From an uncultured Pseudomonadales bacterium (GTDB lineage: Bacteria; Pseudomonadota; Gammaproteobacteria; Pseudomonadales; Azotimanducaceae): 54,357 bases of DNA. The translations under genes and the position numbers were made by a program. Numbering within the stretch: position 1 is the stretch's first letter; each line of letters begins with the position of its first letter. The DNA is taken from NCBI GenBank assembly GCA_964481245.1, contig CAYZUV010000001.1:1-54357 (forward strand), in the 5' to 3' direction. Below are positions 8,500 through 18,049 of this stretch, one piece after another. The notes beneath the pieces are model-generated. The model did not search any database and was not told where the DNA came from. It worked only from the letters and a program-made list of their open reading frames with translations.

Positions 8500-9870
8500 T
8501 TAGAAGCTGTAGCTCAATTCCAATTCGAACTGGTTCATCTCCAGCTGGATCGTCTGGGTTGGATCGAACGGGTTTGGGCCCTTGATCTCGTTATTTGGCG
8601 CGATCATAAAGGCGGCACTGAAAGCGTTGCCTGATGTGAGTTCTTTTGTCAGGCCAATGGTGATGTGTTGCTCTACGACAGCAGGCGCTACAACATTCAA
8701 GATGAGTTGATTTTTGTCAATGGGCTGGTCGGCTTTGCTGTAGCCAAAGCGAAGCGTCAGGTCGGACGAGTAGAGCCACTCGACCCCAAGCTTGACCGTG
8801 CCCACATCGTCCCAACCAAACCCAGGGCCTTGCGCACCACCCATACAATTCTCGAGGTTGGTTCCACCGGCACCGGCAGTCGGGCAACCGAATAGGTTGG
8901 CTAAGCCGTTGCCGACAGAATCAACATCGCTGAACGCGGTATGCTCGTAGTCCAAATGCACTTTCACACTTGGAGAGGCTGCAAAGGATGCGCCCAAGCG
9001 AAGGCTTGCGGGGATATCGAAGCCACCGCCTTCTGCGAACAGGTCCGAATAATCATCAAATTCCGACATGCCGATTTTTGATTGGTAGGCGGCGGCGAGA
9101 GAAACCGAGTCGCTCACTTCTGCAATAATGCCGATTTTCGCCCCGAAACCAGACGATATTTCAGCGCCGGTATTAGTAAGCGAAGTTGGCATCTGAGTGC
9201 CCCCACTGGCTGCAAAGGATTTCGTATAACCCCCGAACATCATGAAGCCATTTGCCTCAAATCGTTGGAGCGCGAGCACACCACCGACACCAATTGAGAT
9301 GCGACCCATTTTTCTAGCATAGGTCACGTCAAGGAAGGCTTGCATCAAGTCTACGCCAGCATCACCGCCCGCGAACGGTCCCGGCATGGTCATCACAGGG
9401 GCGGGTCCTGGTCCGTCAGGATCGAGGGTCGCTTCACCCTGTGTGTAGTCCGTATTCATGCCGCCGCGACCATAAAAATTGGCCGCGATCGCTGAATCAT
9501 CGGACAATCGCCAGGTTTTGCCCACATAGGGGATTGGGAAATACTCGCTGTCGCTCTCTATCTTCCCAGCACCTAGGGTGAAGGCACCGCCGTTGCCATT
9601 GGCCATGCTCGTGCTGGCGGTGTAGCTTCTGCGAGGTGAGAAGACACTCAATCCCACCTCCCAATCGGTACCGACGAGAACCGCGGACGCGGGATTGTTC
9701 GCAGATGCAATTGACTCATCGGGTGAAGCTGTTCCAGCACCCGCGAGTGCTTTGTTCTTGACGCCAAGACCATGTGTGAAATAGCCATTGGTTGCAGAAG
9801 CAATCGGGCTTAGAATCAAACACATTAGGGCCATGAGGCCAACGATCAAGTTGTTTTGCTTTGTTATCAC
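8500..9870 (-). CDS. outer-membrane transport protein, FadL/OmpP1/TodX family
   Basis: Signal peptide, then 'NGYFTHGLGVKNKALAGAG...NNPA' as in FadL-family N-termini; Gly/aromatic-rich barrel; C-terminal 'LSYSF'. Confidence 0.8.
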   Translation of the reverse strand: MITKQNNLIVGLMALMCLILSPIASATNGYFTHGLGVKNKALAGAGTASPDESIASANNPASAVLVGTDWEVGLSVFSPRRSYTASTSMANGNGGAFTLGAGKIESDSEYFPIPYVGKTWRLSDDSAIAANFYGRGGMNTDYTQGEATLDPDGPGPAPVMTMPGPFAGGDAGVDLMQAFLDVTYARKMGRISIGVGGVLALQRFEANGFMMFGGYTKSFAASGGTQMPTSLTNTGAEISSGFGAKIGIIAEVSDSVSLAAAYQSKIGMSEFDDYSDLFAEGGGFDIPASLRLGASFAASPSVKVHLDYEHTAFSDVDSVGNGLANLFGCPTAGAGGTNLENCMGGAQGPGFGWDDVGTVKLGVEWLYSSDLTLRFGYSKADQPIDKNQLILNVVAPAVVEQHITIGLTKELTSGNAFSAAFMIAPNNEIKGPNPFDPTQTIQLEMNQFELELSYSF

Positions 9871-10021
9871 AGTAGATCCCTCCCCAAAAGGTTAAGTGAC
9901 GTTCGACAGGTCTGCGAGATTTCGATGACAAGTGCCACATGGGGCGCTCTTACGTCCTCACTCAGGTCTGGTAGGCGTAGGCCGAGGTGACCAGAGTTTG
10001 CTTGACTCGCCGTCCTTGCGC

Positions 10022-10330
10022 TCAAGACGTTTCCACGTCCTTGCAAAAGATTTCGTACATGACTGCGATCAGGTCCGACGCTGCTCCCTCTTTCAATGAA
10101 TAGAAGACAACTTGCGCATCTCGCCTTGACTCTACGACCTCCTCGTGACGCATTCTGGCAAGATGCTGGGACACTAGCGATTGGCTGATGCCTAGTTTTT
10201 CAGAAAGTTCACCCACAGAGCGCTCCTGGAGCTTCAGTTCACACAAAATCATTAAGCGGTGCGGATGGCCAAGCAGTTTCATCATGTTGCTGGCTCGCTC
10301 AGCCGATGCTTGCATTACCTCTAAATCCAT
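10022..10330 (-). CDS. ArsR/SmtB-family transcriptional regulator (SoxR-like by position)
   Basis: wHTH 'HPHRLMILCEL...VGELSEKLGISQSLVSQHLARM'. It is divergent from the sox operon. Confidence 0.85.
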   Translation of the reverse strand: MDLEVMQASAERASNMMKLLGHPHRLMILCELKLQERSVGELSEKLGISQSLVSQHLARMRHEEVVESRRDAQVVFYSLKEGAASDLIAVMYEIFCKDVETS

Positions 10331-10974
10331 AATCTTCTCTTTCTGGTTGTGTGCTAGTCGTTCTACTTGATCGCAATCCCTGCCTGAGTTGAGCTTAGGC
10401 GTCTTAACTGTATTGGCGGTTAGCCCGAGCGATTACTCTGAGGGTTGGCTGTATCCGTCGAATGACCCAATACAGCCAAATCAAAGCCGCCTGATTCCTT
10501 GCTACCGTCCAGGTGTTGTGTATTTCGTTGCGGATCGAGCTTTGGCTTGCCGGCGGGCGGACGCCATTCTCAATTCTGCTTGCAACGATATCTCTCTTTC
10601 CCCAAATTAACCCTAATTACCCCTAATTTCTTCTATGCCGCCATCTTCAAAAGGGAGCACCACACTTTGCGCAGTCTCCACCTCAGGATCTTCAGTCTTC
10701 TCAAGAATTGAACTTGATCGAACCGCTTTTCTGAAGCCGTTTACTCTTTGACTCACACAATAGGCGACTCGCTCTCGGCTCAAACACTGTTTAGTTTCGC
10801 CCTCTAATGTCGGGCCACATTTGTTGGTCGAGTGTCCCCGATCAACGTTCTTCGGAGCCTTTCGCGAACTTGTAAGCCGCTCGATCAAAGGGACGATCAG
10901 AGGGTATACAAGAATTTCTTAATATACTAACATTCAGCGAAGCTTAACAGAACCCCAGCGTGGATCATAGTGCT

Positions 10975-12285
10975 ATGACGACCAAGGTCACTGAGTTTAC
11001 CAGCAGTCACTCTCCCGATTCTGGATCAAATTTGATACCCAGGCGCGCTTTGCTCACGGGTAGTTTGGGTCTAGCAGGTGGTGCGTTGGCTGCTGCGGGA
11101 TTGGCTCCTCTGACCACCAGGGCAGGGGGATTCATGCCACCCGAAGTACCCCAATGGACGAAATCCTTGGGTCCAGGCGTCCTGACCCAGCCTTACGGTC
11201 AGCCATCAAAGTTTGAGTCACACGTTCAGAGAAGAACCGTTGAGTGGCTGACGGCGGACCGAATTGCGTCGATCTCTTTTACGCCCCTTGCCGATCTAAA
11301 AGGCATTATTACGCCGAGCGGGGTGATGTTTGAGCGCTATCATGCGGGCATTCCTCAAATTAACCCGGATCATCATCGACTTATGATTCATGGCTTGGTT
11401 AAGCGCCCGCTGATACTGACGATGGATGATCTGGCGCGCTTACCCTCAGTCAGCATGATTCGATTCGTTGAATGCCCTGCCAACGGTGGCATGGAGTGGC
11501 GAGGAGCGCAGATGGATCGCGTGCAGTTCACCCACGGGATGTTGGCTTGCTGTGAGTGGACTGGCGTGCTGTTGTCCACGCTATTGGAGGAGGTCGGTGT
11601 CGATCCCTCAGCCAGTTGGATCCTGGCGGAAGGCGCCGATGGTGCGCATATGTCGCGAAGTATTCCCATGGAGAAGGCGTTAGACGATGCCATCGTCGTC
11701 TATGGCCAAAACGGTGAGGCCCTTCGACCTGAGCAGGGGTATCCGCTGCGGCTGATAAACCCGGGGTGGGAAGGAAACACCTCTATCAAGTGGCTACGTC
11801 GATTAGAAGTGGGCGATCAACCCTGGTTCCATCGTGAGGAAACTTCAAAGTACACAGACCTCATGCCAGATGGTAGGGCGCGAGAGTTTTCTTTCGTGCA
11901 AGAATGCAATTCCGTGATTACCTCTCCCAGTCCAGAGAAACCCCTTAAGCAAAAGGGAAAAACCCATATCGAAGGTTTCGCTTGGTCCGGACGCGGGAAA
12001 ATTAAGCACGTGGATGTCTCGAAGGATGGCGGGAAGACGTGGCAGGAAGCACACTTTACGTCGATGGTATTACCCAAAGCGTTGACACGATTTGCGCTCG
12101 AATTGGATTGGCAAGGTGAACCGTTGCTTCTTCAGAGCCGCGCTGTGGATGAAACGGGGTATGTCCAACCGACCTATCATCAACTTCGAGATGTGCGTGG
12201 AACCAACAGCATTTACCACAAAAATGCGATTCACACGTGGAAGATTCATCAAGACGGGCGGGTGGAAAATGTCCAGTTTGTCTAG
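10975..12285 (+). CDS. soxC: sulfane dehydrogenase molybdopterin subunit SoxC
   Basis: Tat signal 'RRALLTGSLGLAGG', SUOX-family Mo-ligand region 'FVECPANGG', and position directly upstream of a diheme SoxD. Confidence 0.85.
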   Translation: MTTKVTEFTSSHSPDSGSNLIPRRALLTGSLGLAGGALAAAGLAPLTTRAGGFMPPEVPQWTKSLGPGVLTQPYGQPSKFESHVQRRTVEWLTADRIASISFTPLADLKGIITPSGVMFERYHAGIPQINPDHHRLMIHGLVKRPLILTMDDLARLPSVSMIRFVECPANGGMEWRGAQMDRVQFTHGMLACCEWTGVLLSTLLEEVGVDPSASWILAEGADGAHMSRSIPMEKALDDAIVVYGQNGEALRPEQGYPLRLINPGWEGNTSIKWLRRLEVGDQPWFHREETSKYTDLMPDGRAREFSFVQECNSVITSPSPEKPLKQKGKTHIEGFAWSGRGKIKHVDVSKDGGKTWQEAHFTSMVLPKALTRFALELDWQGEPLLLQSRAVDETGYVQPTYHQLRDVRGTNSIYHKNAIHTWKIHQDGRVENVQFV

Positions 12286-13195
12286 GCTATTTGGCGTCGT
12301 CTGCCTTTGGATTATCAGCGGCTCGCTCCTGGCGGATGACCACCGCACAGGTTACTTTGGCATTGGCGAAGTCGCGACGCCAGATCAGATTTCAGGTTGG
12401 GATATTGATATTCGCCCCGATGGGGAAGGCCTCCCAGAGGGTGAAGGTTCAGTTGCCGATGGCGAATGGCTCTATGAGGCGCAATGCGCAGAGTGCCATG
12501 GAAGCTTCGGAGAAGGGGTGGGTCGTTATCCTGTCCTTGCTGGGGGGCAAGGCACCCTCTCTGATGGACGTCCAACCCGAACTGTCGGCAGTTATTGGGC
12601 GCATCTCAGCACGCTGTGGGACTACATCCATCGGGCCATGCCTTTCACAGCCCCAGAGTCACTTTCCGACGATGAGGTCTATGCGATCACGGCCTACGTG
12701 CTGTACTTGAATGATATTGTTGATGACGAGTTCGTGCTGTCGAAGGCGTCATTTTTGTCAGTGGAAATGCCCAATGCCGCGGGCTTCTACCGAGATGACC
12801 GCCCTGATGTCAGCAACATTCGTTGTATGGAGGACTGTCTTGTTGGGGAGTTGGTGGTTCATTCAAGCGTCATGGGATTCAGCTCGGAGCAGGTTGCTTC
12901 ACTCGAGCCAGAATCAGAGACGAGCGCCGAGGATGAGCGAATGGCCAAGGCGAAATCCACCTACGAATCGCTTTGCGGTATTTGTCATGCCAGCGGCATC
13001 GGCGGCGCGCCGATTGTGGGAGACGCTGAGGTATGGCAGCCTCGATTGGAAAAAGGATTGGATGCCCTGATTGATAACGCCATCGTGGGCTACATTGGTG
13101 ATGCAGGCGTGATGCCCGCGAAGGGCGGCTTTGCACATCTTTCTGACGAAGACGTTTCGAGCGCAGTCGAATACATGGTGGATCGGAGTCGATGA
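12269..13195 (+). CDS. soxD: sulfane dehydrogenase diheme cytochrome c subunit SoxD
   Basis: Signal peptide and two CxxCH sites ('CAECHG', 'CGICHA'). The start at 12269 overlaps the soxC end by 17 nt. The longer track ORF from 12092 lies inside soxC. Confidence 0.8.
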   Translation: MSSLSRLFGVVCLWIISGSLLADDHRTGYFGIGEVATPDQISGWDIDIRPDGEGLPEGEGSVADGEWLYEAQCAECHGSFGEGVGRYPVLAGGQGTLSDGRPTRTVGSYWAHLSTLWDYIHRAMPFTAPESLSDDEVYAITAYVLYLNDIVDDEFVLSKASFLSVEMPNAAGFYRDDRPDVSNIRCMEDCLVGELVVHSSVMGFSSEQVASLEPESETSAEDERMAKAKSTYESLCGICHASGIGGAPIVGDAEVWQPRLEKGLDALIDNAIVGYIGDAGVMPAKGGFAHLSDEDVSSAVEYMVDRSR

Positions 13196-13575
13196 TGAAA
13201 CGAATGGTAAACCGGGGGCTCAGGGTGACTCAGCAGAAAAGGTTGGGCTTGTGGACTTTGGTTTTGTTGTCTCCGTTCCTGAACGCCGAGCCTTTGGCTC
13301 AGGATCAAATCAGAGAAGGTCGAGTCATCGCTTGGGATCGAAATGCCGGTAATTGTTTGTCCTGTCATTGGATGCCGGAATCCGAGTTGCCAGGTAATAT
13401 CGGCCCTCCTCTGATTCAAATGCAATATCGATTCCAAGATCGAGCGTCGCTCAGACGCCAAATTTGGGATCCTACGGAAGCTAATCCCGACACGGTGATG
13501 CCGCCCTACGGTAAGCATGGCATCTTGACCGACCACCAAATTGAACAAGTCATTGATTATCTCTATTCCATATAA
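13192..13575 (+). CDS. soxX: monoheme cytochrome c SoxX
   Basis: One CxxCH ('CLSCH'), about 11 kDa, ATGA overlap with the soxD stop, upstream of soxYZ. Confidence 0.8.
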   Translation: MMKRMVNRGLRVTQQKRLGLWTLVLLSPFLNAEPLAQDQIREGRVIAWDRNAGNCLSCHWMPESELPGNIGPPLIQMQYRFQDRASLRRQIWDPTEANPDTVMPPYGKHGILTDHQIEQVIDYLYSI

Positions 13576-13596
13576 GAAGCACGAAGAGGACAGAAC

Positions 13597-14046
13597 ATGA
13601 TGAAACACTCTAGAAGGCGCTTCCTGCGTGGCCTCAGTGTCGCGATTGCCTTAGCTGCCGTCCCTGCGCGTCTGCTGGCGCGCGCCACAGACGCTTTCAA
13701 GGCGACTGAATTGGAGGATGCGAATAAGGCCCTATTTGGGCAGTTGCCCCTCGTCGAATCCGATGCTGTGAACTTAAAAATTCCCGCGATCGCTGAAAAT
13801 GGCGCCGTGGTACCGGTGACGGTGTCCACCGAACTAGAGGGCGTGCAGGCGATCTACATCATGATCGATGAAAATCCTAATCCTTTGTCCGCCACCTTTG
13901 AGTTAGGTGCTTCCAGCCCCGCAGATGTGTCAACTAGGGTCAAGATGGGTAAAAGTTCCATGGTGCGGGGGTTGGTGAAGACTCAAGATCAGGTTTTCTA
14001 TGCGGCGCAGGAAGTAAAAGTCACCATTGGTGGTTGTGGCGGTTAG
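13597..14046 (+). CDS. soxY: sulfur carrier protein SoxY
   Basis: Tat signal 'RRRFLRG' and the diagnostic C-terminal swinging arm '...VTIGGCGG'. Confidence 0.9.
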   Translation: MMKHSRRRFLRGLSVAIALAAVPARLLARATDAFKATELEDANKALFGQLPLVESDAVNLKIPAIAENGAVVPVTVSTELEGVQAIYIMIDENPNPLSATFELGASSPADVSTRVKMGKSSMVRGLVKTQDQVFYAAQEVKVTIGGCGG

Positions 14047-14056
14047 GGAGAAACAC

Positions 14057-14368
14057 ATGGCAGCAGAAATAAAATTGAGAGGCAAGATCAAAGATGGTGT
14101 TGCAGAAATAAAGTCCCTGATGCCGCATCCCATGGAAACTGGGACTCGTCGAGAAGAATCAGGCGATGTGGTGCCCGCGCACTATATTGAAGAGGTGGTC
14201 TGCCAGCATAACGGGGAGAGCGTTCTTCGCGCGGAGTGGGGCCCCTCGATCTCGAAAAATCCGTACTTCGCATTCAGGGTGCGCAATGCCAGTCCGGGAG
14301 ATGTCATCAGCGTGCGTTGGACAGATAACCTCGGTGAATCAGGATCTGGCGAATTGGTACTCAAGTGA
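14057..14368 (+). CDS. soxZ: SoxZ
   Basis: About 103 aa directly after soxY; 'IKSLMPHPMETG' and 'YIEEV' are typical of SoxZ. The start is chosen at the ATG after the soxY stop. Confidence 0.85.
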   Translation: MAAEIKLRGKIKDGVAEIKSLMPHPMETGTRREESGDVVPAHYIEEVVCQHNGESVLRAEWGPSISKNPYFAFRVRNASPGDVISVRWTDNLGESGSGELVLK

Positions 14369-15192
14369 AAAATCCTTTTGATCGCGTGCTTTTGCTCTCA
14401 GCGGTTCTCTTATCGTCGTTTGCTCTCGCCAGTCCAAAGGAAGACTTAGCAGCTTTCCGTGCGTTTTACGAAAGTCGATTCCCCGAGATTGAACTTGCGG
14501 ATCACGCTGACGGCGCTTACGCGCTCGACGAAGCGAAGAGGGCGCAATGGCTCGAGATGGAAGATTTTCCGCCCTATGAATTCGCCATAGATGAAGGCGA
14601 GGCATTGTTTGAGATGGCCTTCTCTGACGGTGAAAGCTACGCGTCTTGCTTTCAAAGCGAGGGGCGGGGCATCAAACATCTGTATCCGATGTTTGATGAA
14701 GTGGCAGGCGAGGTGGTGACGTTAGAACTTGCTCTTAACCGGTGTCGAGAGGCGCATGGCGAAGCGCCACTGGACTATGAGGGAGATGAGATTGCGGCCT
14801 TAATGGCGTACATGGCGTACACGTCGCGAGGTCAAACGTACGATATCAAAGTCCCTGAGGCTGGCCTCGGAGCCTACGAAGCGGGAAAGCAGTTTTTCTA
14901 TGAAAGGCGAGGTCAGCTGAACTTTGCTTGTTCCAGTTGTCATCTTCAGTCAGGAGGCGGCATGTTAAGGGCTGAAATCTTGAGTGCCTCGGTGGGTCAT
15001 GCCACACACTGGCCAACCTATCGCTTTAAGTGGGAGCGAGTCGGTACGCTGCATGACCGGTTTATCGAGTGTAATGAGCAAGTCGGCGCGCAAGGCCTAG
15101 CCCCGCAAAGCGCTTCCTACCGCAATCTTGAATACTTTTTGACTTACATGAATAACGGGATGGTCCTGAATGGACCAGCAAGCCGCAAATGA
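14365..15192 (+). CDS. soxA: cytochrome c SoxA (single CxxCH form)
   Basis: Signal peptide, one heme site 'CSSCH' and the conserved 'RFIEC' Cys-ligand region. The position of the first heme site reads 'SCFQS', so that site is absent. Confidence 0.85.
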   Translation: MKNPFDRVLLLSAVLLSSFALASPKEDLAAFRAFYESRFPEIELADHADGAYALDEAKRAQWLEMEDFPPYEFAIDEGEALFEMAFSDGESYASCFQSEGRGIKHLYPMFDEVAGEVVTLELALNRCREAHGEAPLDYEGDEIAALMAYMAYTSRGQTYDIKVPEAGLGAYEAGKQFFYERRGQLNFACSSCHLQSGGGMLRAEILSASVGHATHWPTYRFKWERVGTLHDRFIECNEQVGAQGLAPQSASYRNLEYFLTYMNNGMVLNGPASRK

Positions 15193-15536
15193 GTGCATGT
15201 CTTAGGCGTTTTTTGAAGAAAGTGTCGGTGGGTGGCTTAGCGACTGCTGTGCTTGTCTCGAGTCTGACCTGGGGGACAGCGGTTGCAGATGATGCGACTG
15301 TGGTGGCTATCGAAGGCCTCATCGGTCAAGCCGAATCCCTGCACGATGAGGCGCAGCAAAAAGAGCACGCTTGGGTTGTCACTCATCGTTTGATTCTTGA
15401 GGCGAGGGCGGCGCTGTCGGCAGGCCGTATCGATGATGCAAAGTCAATCGCGGCTCGGGCGGTGCAAACTGCGCAAGCATCAGTTGACCAAGCCGATCGT
15501 GAGCAAGCCGTCTGGTCTGCCAGAGTGCCCCAGTAG
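15189..15536 (+). CDS. small exported helical protein between soxA and soxB (SoxK-like by position only)
   Basis: 115 aa, signal peptide 'GGLATAVLVSSLTWGTAVA', Ala/Gln-rich helices. There is an ATGA start/stop overlap with soxA. Confidence 0.45.
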   Translation: MSACLRRFLKKVSVGGLATAVLVSSLTWGTAVADDATVVAIEGLIGQAESLHDEAQQKEHAWVVTHRLILEARAALSAGRIDDAKSIAARAVQTAQASVDQADREQAVWSARVPQ

Positions 15537-15588
15537 GTTCTGAATAAAAAAATAGATCCCGCGAGGTGGCGAACAAAAAGGGGGCGTC

Positions 15589-17346
15589 ATGCGTCGACGT
15601 GAATTCCTAGATCTAATGGTCAAAGCCAGCGTGGTGGCCAGTGCTTCTGCGCGTGTCAACGCGAGCGATCGTTCTGCAGAACGCTTTTATGATCTCACTC
15701 GGTTTGGCTCAGGCCGCATTCTCCACTTTACTGACTGCCACGCGCAGCTTCTTCCGGTCTATTTTCGCGAACCCAATGTTAATTTGGGCGTAGGAGAAGC
15801 CTCAGGGCGCCTACCTCATCTAGTGGGTCAGAAATTGCTCGCCACGATGCCGGGAATCGATGCCCGCACGCGACACGCGCTGACCTATCTTGACTTTGCA
15901 AAGGGCGCTAGAGCTTATGGCCGTGTTGGCGGCTTTGCGCACCTCAAGACACTGGTTGATCGCCTAAGAGCGGAGGCACCCTCCAGTTTATTGCTGGATG
16001 GCGGTGACACGTGGCAGGGGTCAGGTACCGCGCTTTGGACTCGAGGTCAGGACATGGTCGGCGCATGTAACCGCTTGGGTGTCGATGTTATGACGGGGCA
16101 TTGGGAGTTCACGTACCTTGAGGATGAGGTCTTGACCAACGCGGAGGCGTTTCAAGGCGAATTAGTGGCTCAGAATATAAAAGCCACAGAGGACGCAATG
16201 TTTGAGGGCGTTCCGGTTTTCGACGAGGATACTGGCCGCATCTTTAAGCCGTACACGATCAGATCCCTGGGTGAAAGGCGGGTCGCCGTGATTGGCCAGG
16301 CCTTCCCTTATACACCTATCGCTAACCCTCAGCGTTTTATTCCAAATTGGACCTTTGGTATTCAGGAAGCGGCGCTCGCTGATCTCGTTGCTCATATTCG
16401 AGGTTCAGAGCAGATCGATGCGTTGATTCTTCTCTCTCATAACGGAATGGATGTTGATCTAAAGCTGGCTTCTCGTGTCTCCGGTATCGATTTTATATTG
16501 GGGGGGCACACGCATGACGGGATCGCAACGCCCATTGAAGTTAAAAATGCGGGCGGACGCTGCGTCGTGACCAACGCGGGGAGTAATGGAAAGTTCCTAG
16601 GGGTGTTGGACTTGGAATTCGGCCAGCGGGGGCTTACGGGCTATCGTTACCGATTAATGCCGATCTTCTCGAATTTACTCGCGCCTGATCCCGATATGTC
16701 TCGATACATAGAAGAGGTTCGAGCCCCTTTCCTGGAAGCGCTCAATACGCCATTGGCAGTGGCCGAGGACGTGCTTTATCGCCGTGGAAACTTCAACGGT
16801 ACATTTGATCAACTGATTTGCGACGCGCTTTGCGCTGAGCTTGACGCAGAGTTTTCTCTCTCGCCAGGATTCAGGTGGGGAACCACGGTATTGCCTGGTG
16901 ATACGATCAGAATGGAACATCTGCTCGACCAAACTGCCATGACCTACCCGGAAACCTACGTTCGTGAGATGACGGGCAGTGAAATCAAGTTGATCCTTGA
17001 AAGCGTCGCCGATAACTTATTTCATGAAGATCCCTATTTGCAGCAGGGCGGGGATATGGTTCGCACGGGTGGCTTGCGTTACACCTTGAACCCAGTCAAC
17101 GGCATGGGACACCGAATCAGCCAGTTGTCTAATGCCAAAGGTCAACGCATCGACGCAGATAAATCCTACAAGGTCGCGGGTTGGGCAACGGTGGGTCGAG
17201 CATCTGAGGGGCCACCCGTGTGGGAGGTTGTTGCACGGTCGTTAAAACAAACCCCGATGGCAGGTATCAAACAATTAGAAACGCCTACGTTACTCGGAGT
17301 AAAAGACAATGCTGGGATTGAAGACTACGCGGGGCATCATTTGTAG
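15589..17346 (+). CDS. soxB: thiosulfohydrolase SoxB
   Basis: Tat signal 'RRREFLDL', metallophosphoesterase motifs 'HFTDCHAQ', 'GGDTWQGS' and 'GHWEF', and a 5'-nucleotidase-like C-terminal domain. Confidence 0.9.
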   Translation: MRRREFLDLMVKASVVASASARVNASDRSAERFYDLTRFGSGRILHFTDCHAQLLPVYFREPNVNLGVGEASGRLPHLVGQKLLATMPGIDARTRHALTYLDFAKGARAYGRVGGFAHLKTLVDRLRAEAPSSLLLDGGDTWQGSGTALWTRGQDMVGACNRLGVDVMTGHWEFTYLEDEVLTNAEAFQGELVAQNIKATEDAMFEGVPVFDEDTGRIFKPYTIRSLGERRVAVIGQAFPYTPIANPQRFIPNWTFGIQEAALADLVAHIRGSEQIDALILLSHNGMDVDLKLASRVSGIDFILGGHTHDGIATPIEVKNAGGRCVVTNAGSNGKFLGVLDLEFGQRGLTGYRYRLMPIFSNLLAPDPDMSRYIEEVRAPFLEALNTPLAVAEDVLYRRGNFNGTFDQLICDALCAELDAEFSLSPGFRWGTTVLPGDTIRMEHLLDQTAMTYPETYVREMTGSEIKLILESVADNLFHEDPYLQQGGDMVRTGGLRYTLNPVNGMGHRISQLSNAKGQRIDADKSYKVAGWATVGRASEGPPVWEVVARSLKQTPMAGIKQLETPTLLGVKDNAGIEDYAGHHL

Positions 17347-17776
17347 CGGTGCCTTGGTTTCAGTGATTTTTGCGTCCGTGTCCGCCCTCGCAGCGGACAT
17401 TGACTCGAAGCCGTTTGCCGAACAGCGAGTCCTCCTCTCTCTGAGCAATGCATCGCCTCAATCCCAATCTGCAATCATGGATATCGCCTTCAACCTGATG
17501 AGGCACTATGGCGGACCCGATATGGTTGATATTGAAGTGATTGTTTATGGACCTGGTATACGTGCGGTGCTCGTAGAATCCGCGATTGAATCCGCACGCA
17601 TAGCCAGCCTAGTAGATAATGGCGTGCGATTCTATGCGTGTGGGAATACGCTCGATACGCTCGCAAGCCGCGAGAAGCGAGAACCGAGGCTCGTGAATGC
17701 CGTCGAAAGGGTACCCTCTGGCGTTGCGTTCATTCTTGAGGAAATAGACGCGGGCTACAAGTCGGTGCACCCCTAG
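17309..17776 (+). CDS. DsrE/DsrF-like family protein, exported
   Basis: 155 aa with signal peptide. It has a DsrE-like alternation of beta strands and helices and a 'FYACGNT' Cys loop. Assignment is by resemblance and sox context. Confidence 0.55.
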   Translation: MLGLKTTRGIICSGALVSVIFASVSALAADIDSKPFAEQRVLLSLSNASPQSQSAIMDIAFNLMRHYGGPDMVDIEVIVYGPGIRAVLVESAIESARIASLVDNGVRFYACGNTLDTLASREKREPRLVNAVERVPSGVAFILEEIDAGYKSVHP

Positions 17777-18049
17777 AAAAAGAGCCTCGTAACGCAAGCG
17801 AGAGTGCGCGCGGAGGCGCAATTGTCTCGCTTGCATGACGATCACCCTGCACCTTAGGGCGCAGCGTGCTTAGGATTAATAAAAGGTGCGCTTGTATACG
17901 CGAGTCTCCCAACGAAACTCAACGTGACTGGTAGCCTCCATCATCCAAAACGGCTGTTCGCTGGTGAGCGGGCAATTAACGGACGCAATGAGCGCGCGCA
18001 ATTGTTGCCATTCTACGATTGTGCGCATCTCAAGGAAGGTTGATTCAAG

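Noticed and set aside
10613-10888. A 91-aa minus-strand ORF in the arsR-soxC intergenic region, containing three Cys residues.
   Set aside because: It has a TTG start without an RBS and no recognisable family, and it lies in a probable regulatory region. I cannot exclude a real small protein, but there is no positive support.
13090-13608. Large antisense ORFs opposite well-supported genes. Examples are 13090..13608(-) opposite soxD/soxX, 23583..24218(-) opposite the kinase, 35097..35504(-) opposite the autotransporter, and 6540..6974(-) opposite gloA.
   Set aside because: The sense-strand genes have unambiguous family motifs and the antisense translations have none. Long antisense ORFs are common in moderately GC-rich DNA.
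17794-17834. A 10-bp inverted repeat GCAAGCGAGA-N21-TCTCGCTTGC after the DsrE-like gene, considered as a terminator.
   Set aside because: It has a large loop and no following T-tract on either strand. It may be a weak hairpin between convergent genes, but support is too thin to call a terminator.
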